DNA of 64,000 nt. Source: an uncultured cyanobacterium (lineage in GTDB: Bacteria > Cyanobacteriota > Cyanobacteriia > Pseudanabaenales > Pseudanabaenaceae). The position numbers and the translations under genes are program-made. Of this stretch, positions 31,824 through 42,457 are shown piece after piece (the first letter of the stretch is position 1; each line of letters starts with the position of its first letter). Under the pieces are notes generated by a model. The model was not told the origin of the DNA and searched no databases. It saw only the letters and a list, made by a program, of their open reading frames with translations. The stretch is taken from assembly GCA_963703315.1 (NCBI GenBank), contig OY969811.1, forward strand, positions 128,001 through 192,000. Reading direction: 5' to 3'.

Positions 31824-32891
31824 ATGTTGAAATCCCTCAAAATCGAAAACTTCCGTTGCTTCCCATCCTTTGAAATGGGACAACTAGGAAGGTTAAATCT
31901 CATTGTTGGTACTAACAACAGTGGCAAGACTTCTATTTTAGAAGCACTGCAATTACTCCTTAATACACCATTTACTTTTGATTTTGAAATACTAGAAGAA
32001 ATAATTACTGGTAGAAGTGAGTATATTATAAGTGACGAAAATCAAGATAGAAACTTGGTTGTCCGTCATCTTTTTTATAACCACTATATTGATATTGACA
32101 GTAAATTTACAATTAGTGGTAAAAGCTTTGATGACAAACAGCTAGAGCTAATAGTTTCCATTAAGAATAAAAAAATAGATATAGATCAAGAATCACTATG
32201 CTTATGTGTCAAACGACTAATAAGCTCAATGGTAGTAGAAACACCATTTAAACTTTCTTCAGAAGGAATGCTATCTCTCAAAATACTGCGATCTGCAACC
32301 AATAATTTGAATCATAGTAAGTCAAATATCCAGTTTGTAAATTCATCATCATTAACTACTGAAAAAGCGCTTGATTTATTTGAAGATACGGTACTTACGC
32401 CAGAAGAAGATCTTGTTATTCAAGCTTTACAGATTATTGAGCCTCGAATAAAGCGAATTGCACCTCTTATTGGAAAGAATGGATACAAAGGTACACGCGG
32501 TAGTTTTATTGTCCAAACACCTAAAAATCAACGCATACCAATTGGCAGCATGGGTGATGCGATGTGGCGGATTTTAGGACTTGCTTTAGCGATCGTTAAT
32601 GCAAAAGATGGAGTTTTGTTAGTGGATGAGATCGATACAGGACTACACTTTACAGTCATGTCTGATATGTGGAAAATGCTCTGGGAAACTGCAAAGCGCC
32701 TTAACGTCCAGATTTTTGCGACTACCCATAGCAATGACTGCTGGACAAGTTTAGCGGATATAGCTAATGCCGAAAATCCCAGCGAAGATGGGATTACAAT
32801 TCACAGGATAGAGAAAGGAAAACCTCACAGTATTGTCTTTACTGAGCGACAGATTGCGATCGCTGCCGAGCGTCATATTGAGGTGCGGTAG
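31824..32891 (+). CDS. ABC-type ATPase (AAA_15/AAA_21-like)
   Basis: LKIENFRCF, Walker A GTNNSGKT, SMGDA signature, Walker B LLVDEIDTGLH, H-loop ATTHS. Confidence 0.88.
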   Translation: MLKSLKIENFRCFPSFEMGQLGRLNLIVGTNNSGKTSILEALQLLLNTPFTFDFEILEEIITGRSEYIISDENQDRNLVVRHLFYNHYIDIDSKFTISGKSFDDKQLELIVSIKNKKIDIDQESLCLCVKRLISSMVVETPFKLSSEGMLSLKILRSATNNLNHSKSNIQFVNSSSLTTEKALDLFEDTVLTPEEDLVIQALQIIEPRIKRIAPLIGKNGYKGTRGSFIVQTPKNQRIPIGSMGDAMWRILGLALAIVNAKDGVLLVDEIDTGLHFTVMSDMWKMLWETAKRLNVQIFATTHSNDCWTSLADIANAENPSEDGITIHRIEKGKPHSIVFTERQIAIAAERHIEVR

Positions 32892-32894
32892 TCT

Positions 32895-33545
32895 ATGAGA
32901 GAAAAAGTGTTATTGGTTGAAGGAAAAGACGAGAGGCTTGTTATTCCAGAATTAATGAAGGCAAATGGTGTAGATTGCGGTTCAGAAGAATCTCCCATTG
33001 TCTTTATTGACGATCAAAATGGTTTCGATAATATAGTCAAGCCAGATGTAATTGCTACAGAGCTTCTCGCGTCTGGACTAGTTGCTATTGGCATTATATT
33101 TGATGCAGATGAAAAGCCCCAGAAGGATCGTTGGCGCAGCGTTAGAAATATTTGTCTAAAAGTAGAAAGTATGCCAAATTTGCCTCAAGAACTTCCAGAA
33201 GAAGGATTAATTGTGGATATGCTAAATGGAATTAAGTTTGGAATTTGGATGATGCCTGACAATAAGATGCGTGGTATGTTAGAAACCTTTTTGGCTGACA
33301 TCATTTCTGAGGAAAATCAAGAAATATGGGAGTTTGCAAAACAATCTGTTAATGAAGCAAAAATTAGGGGTGCAAAAATCAAGCCTAACCACATTGACAA
33401 AGCAAATATTTATACTTGGTTGGCTTGGCAAGAGAAACCAGCACAACAAATTGGAATAGCAGTCAAGAAGAAAACAATTTTTGATCCAACCCATCCCAAT
33501 GCTCAGAAATTTGTGAAATGGTTTAGGGATTTATATGGGTTGTGA
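32895..33545 (+). CDS. DUF3226-like TOPRIM-fold protein
   Basis: LLVEGKDE and IIFDAD (TOPRIM E and DxD); GIWMMPDN..GMLETFL; WLAWQEKP. Confidence 0.75.
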   Translation: MREKVLLVEGKDERLVIPELMKANGVDCGSEESPIVFIDDQNGFDNIVKPDVIATELLASGLVAIGIIFDADEKPQKDRWRSVRNICLKVESMPNLPQELPEEGLIVDMLNGIKFGIWMMPDNKMRGMLETFLADIISEENQEIWEFAKQSVNEAKIRGAKIKPNHIDKANIYTWLAWQEKPAQQIGIAVKKKTIFDPTHPNAQKFVKWFRDLYGL

Positions 33546-33730
33546 GCGATCGCCGTCTTTTATAGCCAGATTCTTCTCATCACAGTAATTTAAGGATAAT
33601 TGATTTTGAGTAATTCTACTTATCGCTAAAATATCTCAAAAAATCTGACAAAATAACTGAAAAGAGGTGTCTTGAATCGGCTTTAATTAGAAGTGCGATC
33701 GCAAAAAGCAAAGGAATTCACGGCACATAT

Positions 33731-35953
33731 ATGGGGATTGCAAGGCGACAATTCTTGCAGGCGGGTCTGACCAGTCTGATCGGATGGCAGTTTCTTAGCC
33801 GCGATCGCGTGGCATTTGCTGCCGATCAATTTGTGCGCCAAGCCTCCACGACACAACGGAAGCGAGCGCTATTAATTGGTATTAATCAATATGATGCTAA
33901 GGACGATCCTCAAAGCACTCTAAATTTTTCACAAAATGCTACCTCAAGTGGGTGGTTGCCCTTGCATGGGTGCGTTAATGATGTGGAGTTGCAAAGGGAA
34001 TTACTGATTTATCGATTTGGATTTGCCCCACAAGACATAGTTACCTTGACCGATCGCGAAGCAACGCGCACGAATATTTATGATGCAATTACTGAACACT
34101 TAACTACACAAACTCTTCCTGATGATTTGGTGGTAGTCCATTTTAGTGGGCATGGTTCGCGGCTTGGTAATTACGACACACTGGTTCCTGTAGATAGCGG
34201 CTTACCTCAAAACCTAGACAATTTACGGGACATTACCTTACGGGAATGGCGAAGTTGGCTAAAGGAGATTGCAACGGATCGGCTTTTGTGTGTAATTGAT
34301 GCAGGTTTTTACTATCCCAATAGCTCGGTGATTGGCAATTTCCATTTGCGATCGCGGGTTGGTCTAAAAAGCTGGCAACCATCAACGGAAATAGAGCAGA
34401 TTGAGCAGATTGGGACAACTTTACGCGCTGCATCAGGGGATATGCTGTGTGCTGATGCCCAATGGTCAGGATTTAGTAGTGGTGCATTTACCTACACCCT
34501 AGTGCAGCAACTATGGCAACTGATGCCTGCAACCACAATTCATATAGTTATGAGTGATTTAGCAACTACCCTCGATCGCCGCGCCTTACATGATGAAAAT
34601 CTCTCCATCGATAAACAAGTTACGGCAATGCTAGAAATTGATGTAGCGAAAACTAAGGCGATCGCCACCACTTCCTTTAACTCATTGTTAGCAATTCCTG
34701 ACTTTGGTTCCGATGGCGTGATTATTGGTAGCACAGGCGATCGCCGCACCGCCGATGTAAGCTTGGCAGGTTTACCGATCGCCGTTTTAAGTAATTACAT
34801 GGCAGGTTCTATCTTAAATGTGATAGCTAAAAAAGCTGCCGATATCCCTGCGATTACCAATGAGATGGAATCTACTTCAGCTAGACCAAATCTGGTTACA
34901 GACACTCCACAAGCCACTGTCCAAATCAAATCTCGTAATGGCTTTAATGCCAAAGTTGAAGTTTTAAGCGATCGCAGTGCCAATCAAAAATTAGAATCAG
35001 GGCAATTACTGCAAGAGGTAATCCGAGCGATTTCTTACAATGTCAAACTAGCGATCGCCCTTGATACAGGCTTAAGCAAAATCGAGCGCGTTGATGCCAC
35101 TAGTGCCTTCTCCACTTTGCCGAATATGTTTGGAGTCAATGCGAATGAACAATGTGCTGATTGTCTATTTGGAGTGCAGTCAGCTAGCTATGGCTTGTTT
35201 ACGGTTGGACATACGCCAATTCTTGGTTCCTTTGGCTCCGTTGGCGAGTCTGTCGGTGTAGCCATTAAGCGCCTACAACCCTTTCTTGAAAGTCTATTGG
35301 CAGCGAAGCTAATTCGCACTACTGAAAATCAAGCCTCTTCTCATCTTGATGTGCGGGTTACCCTCAAAGCCATGATAGGTGTTGATGAACGCTCAGTGAC
35401 GATCGCTAGTAAATCCTCTGCTAGATCTTCTTTGCTTCCCGTAAATAACCTAAGTAATACAGTACGAACAAAGCCGATTAATATTGGCGATCGCCTTGAA
35501 TGTCAGATTGAGAACTTTAGTGATCAACCTCTCTATGTGCGAATCTTTTGCCTTGATCCACGCAGCAAAGTACTCACGCCTAACTTTATTGCCACCCCTT
35601 ACGCTAATGATGGCGTGATTCATCCATTAGAAACCTTAACTATTCCCTATCCCAAAGCACCAATGAATTGGGCTGTATCTGCACCAAAAGGAATGGTTGA
35701 TGTCCAAGTTGTGATTAGCCGATCGCCACTGTTGCAAGTTTCTAAAACTTTAGAAACTTCTCAACGTCAAGCTTCATCACTCAATGGTTTGATCGCAATT
35801 CCAAATCCTTTACAAGTTGCCCAAGCCCTACTTGCAGATATTGACCGTGCAGGTAAGCCCTCAGATTTTGGGAATGCAGGTAATCTGAGTGATGTATGGA
35901 TGCTAGATGTGCAGCAATGGGCAACTTTTAACTTCAATTACCAAGTAGCTTAA
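33731..35953 (+). CDS. caspase-family (orthocaspase-like) protein with Tat-like signal and DUF4384-like C-terminus, catalytic Cys absent
   Basis: ARRQFLQ; KRALLIGINQY, LHGCVNDV, VHFSGHG; IDAGF where DxC is expected. Confidence 0.82.
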   Translation: MGIARRQFLQAGLTSLIGWQFLSRDRVAFAADQFVRQASTTQRKRALLIGINQYDAKDDPQSTLNFSQNATSSGWLPLHGCVNDVELQRELLIYRFGFAPQDIVTLTDREATRTNIYDAITEHLTTQTLPDDLVVVHFSGHGSRLGNYDTLVPVDSGLPQNLDNLRDITLREWRSWLKEIATDRLLCVIDAGFYYPNSSVIGNFHLRSRVGLKSWQPSTEIEQIEQIGTTLRAASGDMLCADAQWSGFSSGAFTYTLVQQLWQLMPATTIHIVMSDLATTLDRRALHDENLSIDKQVTAMLEIDVAKTKAIATTSFNSLLAIPDFGSDGVIIGSTGDRRTADVSLAGLPIAVLSNYMAGSILNVIAKKAADIPAITNEMESTSARPNLVTDTPQATVQIKSRNGFNAKVEVLSDRSANQKLESGQLLQEVIRAISYNVKLAIALDTGLSKIERVDATSAFSTLPNMFGVNANEQCADCLFGVQSASYGLFTVGHTPILGSFGSVGESVGVAIKRLQPFLESLLAAKLIRTTENQASSHLDVRVTLKAMIGVDERSVTIASKSSARSSLLPVNNLSNTVRTKPINIGDRLECQIENFSDQPLYVRIFCLDPRSKVLTPNFIATPYANDGVIHPLETLTIPYPKAPMNWAVSAPKGMVDVQVVISRSPLLQVSKTLETSQRQASSLNGLIAIPNPLQVAQALLADIDRAGKPSDFGNAGNLSDVWMLDVQQWATFNFNYQVA

Positions 35954-35957
35954 ATAA

Positions 35958-36040
35958 CCTCTCCCTAGCCCACCCCTTGCAAAGGGGAGGGAACGAGATT
36001 TCTAGTCTTCTCCCTTTGCAAGGGGGAATTAAAGGGGGTT
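35958..36040. repeat. C-rich/G-rich palindromic intergenic repeat between convergent genes
   Basis: CCCCTTGCAAAGGGGAGGG ... CTCCCTTTGCAAGGGGG inverted pair. Confidence 0.65.
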
Positions 36041-36049
36041 TTTGAGACT

Positions 36050-38698
36050 TTATAGTTTTCCTGTTAATAGATAGGTAACCATTTCGCCTTTGCCTTTAAT
36101 CTTAATGGTTCTCTTTGGCGCAAATGTATATTTATCTTTCAAAATTTGATAGGTAACATCAGTAACTTGGATACAACTGGCAATCCCATGTGACTCCATG
36201 CGACTAGCAATATTGACGGTATCGCCCCACAGATCATAAATAAACTTTTTCTTGCCAATTACCCCTGCAACGGCTTGTCCTGTATGGATACCGATTCTCA
36301 GTTCAAAGGGCTTACCATCATGACGGATAAACTTACGAATGGAACTTTGCATTTCTAATGCCATTGAGGCGATCGCTTCAGCATGGTCTGGTCTTGGTAA
36401 AGGCAATCCACCTACTGCCATATAGGAATCACCGATTGTTTTGATTTTTTCTAAGCCATAGTGATCAACGAGACGGTCAAATTCGGAAAAAATCTCGTTC
36501 AGCATATTCACTAATTCATTAGCCGATACAACTGATGCAAACTCCGTAAATCCGACAATATCCGCAAACAGAACCGTTACTTCTTCAAAGGTATCTGCAA
36601 CAATCGTACCGCTAGTCTTGAGCTTGGAGAGAGAATTAGGTAAAGCTTCAGAAAATTTGCTAATGACAACATTAGGCGGAATATTGATGGGTGTATAAAT
36701 CTGAGAGGATTTTAAACGTTCGGCGATCGCTTTCGGTAAAACATTGAGTAGTAAACGTTCTGATCGCATTTGTTCAACGCGCAAATTATCTTCAGCGCGG
36801 CGACGTTCTTGAGCTTCCATACCCAAAGATAATAACTCACCTAAGGAACTCGCAAAGCTGATTTCTTCTAGCATCCAACATCGTTCGATCTCAACCTGCT
36901 CAAACATGATAATTCCTGTCAGTTCTCCAGCGAGGTCAAAGGCTGACACTAATATCGACACCACTCCAAGGGGATTGAGATACTCTTGACGAAATTCGAT
37001 TAAGCTCTCTTCATCCTGTATGTCTTCAATTGCTAAACTCCGTTTTTCTTGGAGAGTCGTAAAAAAGATGGGAAACTCTTCGGCTCCTAAAAAATTAGCC
37101 TCACTATGGGTTTTACTGCTTTTAATATAAAGATCAAGGCAATGTAATTGGGTTTTGGTATTGTCAAATAGCCATACACTGACGCGATCAACATCTAAAG
37201 TCTGACTAGCAGTTTCCGTAATATTTTGAACTGCCATAATAAAATCACCCAGATTGAGCGCTTTATTTTTCGTGAGATCAATCAAGATTTTTTGTTGTCT
37301 CCGCAGTTGCTGTTCTCGGCGTTGCAAGAGAAAATTACTTCTTTGGAGCGATAGTTGTGAATCAGCGAGTTCGCTAGTGCGTTGTTGAACTCTCGACTCT
37401 AACTCAATATTCGCTTTTTCAAGGCGATTGAAGGACTCGGCGAGCATTTCCGCCATGCGATTAAAGGACTCAGACAGAACTTTAACCTCACTAGTGCCTT
37501 TAATGGATACTCTCGAATCTAGATCTCCATTAGCGATCGCTTGAGAAGCACCACTTAGTTTCATCAATGGCGCAGTAATCGAACGAGCCGTCATCATCCC
37601 TACCAAAATAGCGATTATCAGAGCGGCAATGCTAAATAAAATTGTCATCTGGGTGCGATTGTAAATCTGCCCCATGAAGCTGGATTCAGGTACAACCATC
37701 ACAATTAGCCAATCGAGTCCATCGCGATCGCGCCAAGACTGTATTTGAATAAACTGTTTTTCTCCCATTAATACTGGTTCTAGTTGCTGCTTTGTCTGAA
37801 GGGAATCAAAACTACCAAACTGACTAATCAGATAACGGGCGGTAGCACGGGAGAGGGGGTCACTGCTATTGAGAATATTTAAACGCTGTGGTTTTTCATT
37901 TATGATCGAGAAAGTGCGCTCAGAGCTAGAAGTTCCGACAACTAAGCCTGAGCGTTCAATCACAAAAACTCGACTTGATTTATCTAATTTCAAGTCTTGG
38001 AGAAACATATTTAACTGCGTTAGAATATAGTCAACTCCCAATACTCCAATCAATTGGCGATCGCGATCGTAGAGAGGATAACTATGGGAAACTGATAAGA
38101 CTTCAGGACGATCATCCCATTGATAAACCCTTGACCATGTTGGCTTTCCCGCCTTTACCGCATCGGCATACCATCCTTCTTCCCTGACATCTTTAGAGGT
38201 TTCAATTACCTCTTCTAATTTTTGGCGATTGCCTTCTTGATCGGTGGAGAAAACTGCTGTTTTCGTAATTCCTCGCGCTAGAGTTGTCTCATTAATTAAT
38301 ATTTTGCCGTCATCTTTACGCTCAACACCGATAAATTCCTGATTATTAAATGCAAAATTAATATAGCCAACTTCATATAGATTGATTTGCTTCCAGAAAA
38401 AGCGTCCAGTTTGCTGAAAGTTTTTTAAATTCAGCATTCCTAACTTAATGGCATCGACATTAGCTTGATTAATTTGTGGTGGTACGTGCAAGTAATTATC
38501 GAGTTTAGTCTTAACGCGATCGCTGACTTCTTCACTGAGTCTGGTCGCTAGCTCATCGACGGCTTGCTGCCCATTACGAAAGGAAAACACCCCTACAAAC
38601 CCTACTGTCACACAAATCTGCACTACAAAAGGCACAACTAAAATAACCGTTAACGGCATATTTTTGAAGGACTTGGCTATGTAGGAGATTTTAAACAT
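36050..38698 (-). CDS. class III adenylate cyclase (TM-dCache-TM-HAMP-GAF-cyclase)
   Basis: FADIVGFT, EKIKTIGDSYM, YDLWGDTVNIASRMES; GAF DRVSVWLF. Confidence 0.9.
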   Translation of the reverse strand: MFKISYIAKSFKNMPLTVILVVPFVVQICVTVGFVGVFSFRNGQQAVDELATRLSEEVSDRVKTKLDNYLHVPPQINQANVDAIKLGMLNLKNFQQTGRFFWKQINLYEVGYINFAFNNQEFIGVERKDDGKILINETTLARGITKTAVFSTDQEGNRQKLEEVIETSKDVREEGWYADAVKAGKPTWSRVYQWDDRPEVLSVSHSYPLYDRDRQLIGVLGVDYILTQLNMFLQDLKLDKSSRVFVIERSGLVVGTSSSERTFSIINEKPQRLNILNSSDPLSRATARYLISQFGSFDSLQTKQQLEPVLMGEKQFIQIQSWRDRDGLDWLIVMVVPESSFMGQIYNRTQMTILFSIAALIIAILVGMMTARSITAPLMKLSGASQAIANGDLDSRVSIKGTSEVKVLSESFNRMAEMLAESFNRLEKANIELESRVQQRTSELADSQLSLQRSNFLLQRREQQLRRQQKILIDLTKNKALNLGDFIMAVQNITETASQTLDVDRVSVWLFDNTKTQLHCLDLYIKSSKTHSEANFLGAEEFPIFFTTLQEKRSLAIEDIQDEESLIEFRQEYLNPLGVVSILVSAFDLAGELTGIIMFEQVEIERCWMLEEISFASSLGELLSLGMEAQERRRAEDNLRVEQMRSERLLLNVLPKAIAERLKSSQIYTPINIPPNVVISKFSEALPNSLSKLKTSGTIVADTFEEVTVLFADIVGFTEFASVVSANELVNMLNEIFSEFDRLVDHYGLEKIKTIGDSYMAVGGLPLPRPDHAEAIASMALEMQSSIRKFIRHDGKPFELRIGIHTGQAVAGVIGKKKFIYDLWGDTVNIASRMESHGIASCIQVTDVTYQILKDKYTFAPKRTIKIKGKGEMVTYLLTGKL

Positions 38699-40325
38699 TA
38701 CGTCCTTTGAGGAGATAAGTAATCATTTCCCCTTTACCCTTAATATTAATGGCACTTCTCTGCTCAAAGCGATATTTATGCTTTAAGAGTTGATAAGTTG
38801 CTTCTGTTACTTGAATGCAACCTGCCACACCATAGGACTCCATCCGACTAGCGACGTTCACAGTATCACCCCACAGATCATAAATAAACTTTTTCGTGCC
38901 GATGACTCCAGCGATCGCCTGTCCAGTGTGAATCCCAATCCGCAGCAAAAAATCACTACCATCACTACGCTTAAATTTTTGAATTGTTGTTTGCATTTGT
39001 AGTGCCATTTCGGCGATCGCCTCGGCATGATCTTTACTAGGAACTGGTAATCCGCCAACTACCATATAAGAATCACCAATAGTTTTAATTTTTTCGAGAG
39101 TATATTCTTCAACCAGATGATCGAACTCAGAAAAAATTTCATTGAGAAGATGTACCACTTCATTAGGAGAAGTCGATGCGGCATATTCCATAAAGTTGAC
39201 AATATCGGCAAATAGAACGGTGACTTCCTCAAAGGAGTCCGCAATAATTGTTCCACTAGTTTTAATATGTACTTTTTTCAAGGATTGCGCAGATTTCAAG
39301 CGTTCGGCAATCTCTTGAGGTAGGACATTCAGTAATAGACGTTCAGATTTTTTCTGCTCAACGCGCAAGCTCTCTTCTGCTCGTCGCCGTTCTTGAGCTT
39401 CCATACCTAAAGCAAGTAAATCCGATAGAGAATTAGTAAAACTTATCTCTTCTTCTAACCACAAACGTTCTACTTCCGTATGCTCAAAAGCAATGATCCC
39501 AATAATATCTCCGCCCACCTCAAATCTAGTCAACAGCATTGACACAATACCCAAGGGAATACAATATGCTGGTGCAAATTCTTGTAAGGCAGCATCATCT
39601 TGGATATCTTCAACTGCTATAGAACGGTTTTCTAGTAAAGCATCAAAAAAACTAGGATATTTTTCCGCCGTTAAGATATTCTCTTCAGTATGTGAGTTCA
39701 GGCTTTTTTGATAGAGATCAAGGCAATGGAGAACTGTTTTGTTTTTATTAAATAGCCACACACTGACGCGCTCAACATCTAAAGCATAGCTACCTGTTTT
39801 CGTAATATTTTGGACGGCAACTATAAAATCACCTTGATTAATTGCCTTATCTTTAGTCAACGCGAATAAAACATCTTGTTGTTGACGAAGCTGTTGTTCG
39901 CGACGCTCTAACAGAAAATTAGTACGTTGTAATGAAGATTTGGAAGCATCTAGTTCATTACTTTTTGATTGTACAAGTATTTCTAATTCCTGATTTGCGC
40001 TCTTGAGACGCTGTAACGTCAAAAAAGTCGATCGCACTAAAATAATACCAATGGTAATCGCGATCGCTAGCATGATCCAAAGCAAAAAGTTAAGCAATGG
40101 TGTACTGATATTAGGAATGTTTAAGTATTCTGATTTTAGGTCTAACTTAGGATCTAGATTGCCAGATAATAGCGCTTTGCTCCAGACAACTGTAACAATA
40201 ATTTGTAGACTAAAAATTACCGCAAAGGTAACCATTAGCGGCATATTATGAATGATATCAGCAAAGTAGTTAGTGATCAGAATCCTAGATTTGCAAAATA
40301 CAAATACTGGCAAATAATGATTCAT
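38691..40325 (-). CDS. class III adenylate cyclase (TM-GAF-cyclase), paralog of the downstream gene
   Basis: FADIVNF, EKIKTIGDSYM, YDLWGDTVNVASRMES; start uncertain (40361/40325/40244). Confidence 0.88.
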   Translation of the reverse strand: MNHYLPVFVFCKSRILITNYFADIIHNMPLMVTFAVIFSLQIIVTVVWSKALLSGNLDPKLDLKSEYLNIPNISTPLLNFLLWIMLAIAITIGIILVRSTFLTLQRLKSANQELEILVQSKSNELDASKSSLQRTNFLLERREQQLRQQQDVLFALTKDKAINQGDFIVAVQNITKTGSYALDVERVSVWLFNKNKTVLHCLDLYQKSLNSHTEENILTAEKYPSFFDALLENRSIAVEDIQDDAALQEFAPAYCIPLGIVSMLLTRFEVGGDIIGIIAFEHTEVERLWLEEEISFTNSLSDLLALGMEAQERRRAEESLRVEQKKSERLLLNVLPQEIAERLKSAQSLKKVHIKTSGTIIADSFEEVTVLFADIVNFMEYAASTSPNEVVHLLNEIFSEFDHLVEEYTLEKIKTIGDSYMVVGGLPVPSKDHAEAIAEMALQMQTTIQKFKRSDGSDFLLRIGIHTGQAIAGVIGTKKFIYDLWGDTVNVASRMESYGVAGCIQVTEATYQLLKHKYRFEQRSAINIKGKGEMITYLLKGRNV

Positions 40326-40411
40326 GCTAGCTTGATCACTAAGAGGGGTCAATTCGCACAATTGCTGACCTCATTAAAAAAGAGAATTGCGCCGCAATTC
40401 TCTTTTTTAAG

Positions 40412-40501
40412 TAGCTGGATATAATAAAACCCCAAAAACTGTGGCGCACGCTGCGCGTGCGCCACAGTTTTTGGGGTTTTATATTTAATTGCGCCTAGCT
40501 A
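40412..40501. repeat. family A element; supplies the TAG stop of the S4 gene
   Basis: TAGCTGG...TGTGGCGCACGC-TGC-GCGTGCGCCACA...CCTAGCTA; preceded by a separate hairpin at 40374-40410. Confidence 0.85.
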
Positions 40502-40729
40502 CTTATTCGCGATCACGTTAATCGTAAACCCATAGCCACTTACTTTTTGTCCAGCACGGATCTTGCAACCTTTGCGTAATTCCATCTGACCATCAACCTC
40601 AACATCACCATCGATAATCATTAATTTGGCTGCACCCCCAGTATCAGCAACACCACAGACTTTTAGTAAGTTACACAGAGTAATATATTCGCCAGTCAGT
40701 TCAAAGTTCTCTTGAAAGTTTTCTTGCAT
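40499..40729 (-). CDS. RNA-binding S4 domain protein (YaaA/YbcJ-like)
   Basis: EYITLCNLLKVCG..DTGGAAKLMI.DGDVEVDG.MELRKGCKI. Confidence 0.88.
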   Translation of the reverse strand: MQENFQENFELTGEYITLCNLLKVCGVADTGGAAKLMIIDGDVEVDGQMELRKGCKIRAGQKVSGYGFTINVIANK

Positions 40730-40846
40730 TATTTATGAATTCACTAAGGGGAAAGAGCAGAACATTTGCGGATCGAAATTCTAGCGAAAAGTTAAAAAAT
40801 TGTGGCGCAAATGCTCTACCCCTACGTTAAAAACATCATACCAAAA

Positions 40847-42457
40847 CTAGAAACTGAATACTGTTCTCAATGTGCCGACGGTGATTGTGCTATTGCCACT
40901 GTTGTTATTAGGGTTGAAAATGAACTGCAAATCTGGCGTAATACTAATGTTGTCAGAGATGGGGAAGCGATAGAACAATTCCAGATTGGTTTGGGTGGCA
41001 TTACCCACTTGGCTCTCAAGAAAAGGTTGTCCGACCGCGATCGCACCTAAAGCTCCTTCTTTAAATAAGTCTGGAAAAGCAATACCCGCAGACCAAGTTT
41101 GGGGGCTAAGCGAATCATTGGCTGAAGTTGTATAGGTAGGAAGTGCGGCGGAAATAGCAGTACCACGATTGCTAATATTGCCGAATCCATAGCGTCCAAA
41201 AATGGCGATCGCCTTATTAAAAGCCCACTCAAGGTTTACACCACCTGTGTTGTAGTCCAGATTATTTATGGAGGCGCGAGTATATTGCAAACGAATAGTA
41301 AAAGGACTAGCATCATCAGCATTTTTAGGGGCAAATTCTAGCTCAACCGTACCTTGATAGGGATCGCCAAATAGCCCTCGATTGATGGTTCCGTCAGAGG
41401 TGGGGCTACTCGCATTCTGGGCTACATATCCTGCTCGCAACGTAAAAGCGCTACCACCAATATTCCAAGCGATCGCTGCACCTGCCCCATCATTCACAGG
41501 CAAAATTAAGGGATTGTTAATAAACATCCCACTCGAAAAATCGGCGGACTCATCATTGGCAAAGCTATTCGCATCTAGATGATCGTTAAGAGCCATCACT
41601 GCCCCAATTGAAACTCGCATATCTTTGCCGATAGGAAAGTCATAGCGCAAACGATTTAGGCTTGCCGTCGTACTAACGCCACTGTAATCAAGGGCAGAAC
41701 TGTTACCAAATCCTGTAAAACCTGAAAAATCCGCAGCATCTAGAGAACTATGCAGACTTGTGCCGCCGTTGCCAAGTTCGAGCCGAGTAAGCAACAAATC
41801 TTCGCCAGTGAAACTCGTATTCAAATCTAGGTATACACGGCTAATCACAGTTGTATTGACTTTGCCCGCATTAGTTGTAGCCGCGCCCGTTGAGTCTAGT
41901 AAAAAATTAGTTCCTGAGCTTCCCGCCGATACAGCGGCGATCGCCTGTCCTGTTAATTTCGTCGTAGTCGAAAATTGCTGTGCCTCTAGCTTGGCAGTTT
42001 TTGCATCAAGGGCATCGACACGACCACGCAAAGTGGCAAGCTCAGCCGCAAATTCCTCTTGCAGTTTTTGCAAAGTGGCAAGATCTTCTTTACTGACTTT
42101 ATCGGCTAGCCCTGCGGAAATAATCTCGTTGATCTTGTCGAGGCAAGCATTTAAACCTGCGGCGAATTCATAACGGCTGGTGGCTTGCTTACCGCGAAAA
42201 GTGCGATCGGGATAACCTGCGATGCAGCCATAGCGCTCCACCAGAGACTGTAAGGCGGTAAACGCCCAATCTGTCGGTCGGACATCACTGAGTTGTGAAA
42301 CTGAGGTGATATTTTGCGAAAGTGGATCTTGTGCTAGCGACTGTGCCGACAGGCTAGATATATTGCTGGATAACAATCCCAAGGTAGAAAAGGCGATCGC
42401 GCCAACTAAAGATCTTTGTAATTTTATTTGTAATTTTTCCAACTCAACTTTGGACAT
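40847..42457 (-). CDS. SLH-domain outer-membrane porin (OprB/SomA-type)
   Basis: TSVSQLSDVRPTDWAF.ALQSLVERYGCIAGYP, QFSTTTKL, C-terminal TLRTVFSF. Confidence 0.92.
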   Translation of the reverse strand: MSKVELEKLQIKLQRSLVGAIAFSTLGLLSSNISSLSAQSLAQDPLSQNITSVSQLSDVRPTDWAFTALQSLVERYGCIAGYPDRTFRGKQATSRYEFAAGLNACLDKINEIISAGLADKVSKEDLATLQKLQEEFAAELATLRGRVDALDAKTAKLEAQQFSTTTKLTGQAIAAVSAGSSGTNFLLDSTGAATTNAGKVNTTVISRVYLDLNTSFTGEDLLLTRLELGNGGTSLHSSLDAADFSGFTGFGNSSALDYSGVSTTASLNRLRYDFPIGKDMRVSIGAVMALNDHLDANSFANDESADFSSGMFINNPLILPVNDGAGAAIAWNIGGSAFTLRAGYVAQNASSPTSDGTINRGLFGDPYQGTVELEFAPKNADDASPFTIRLQYTRASINNLDYNTGGVNLEWAFNKAIAIFGRYGFGNISNRGTAISAALPTYTTSANDSLSPQTWSAGIAFPDLFKEGALGAIAVGQPFLESQVGNATQTNLELFYRFPISDNISITPDLQFIFNPNNNSGNSTITVGTLRTVFSF

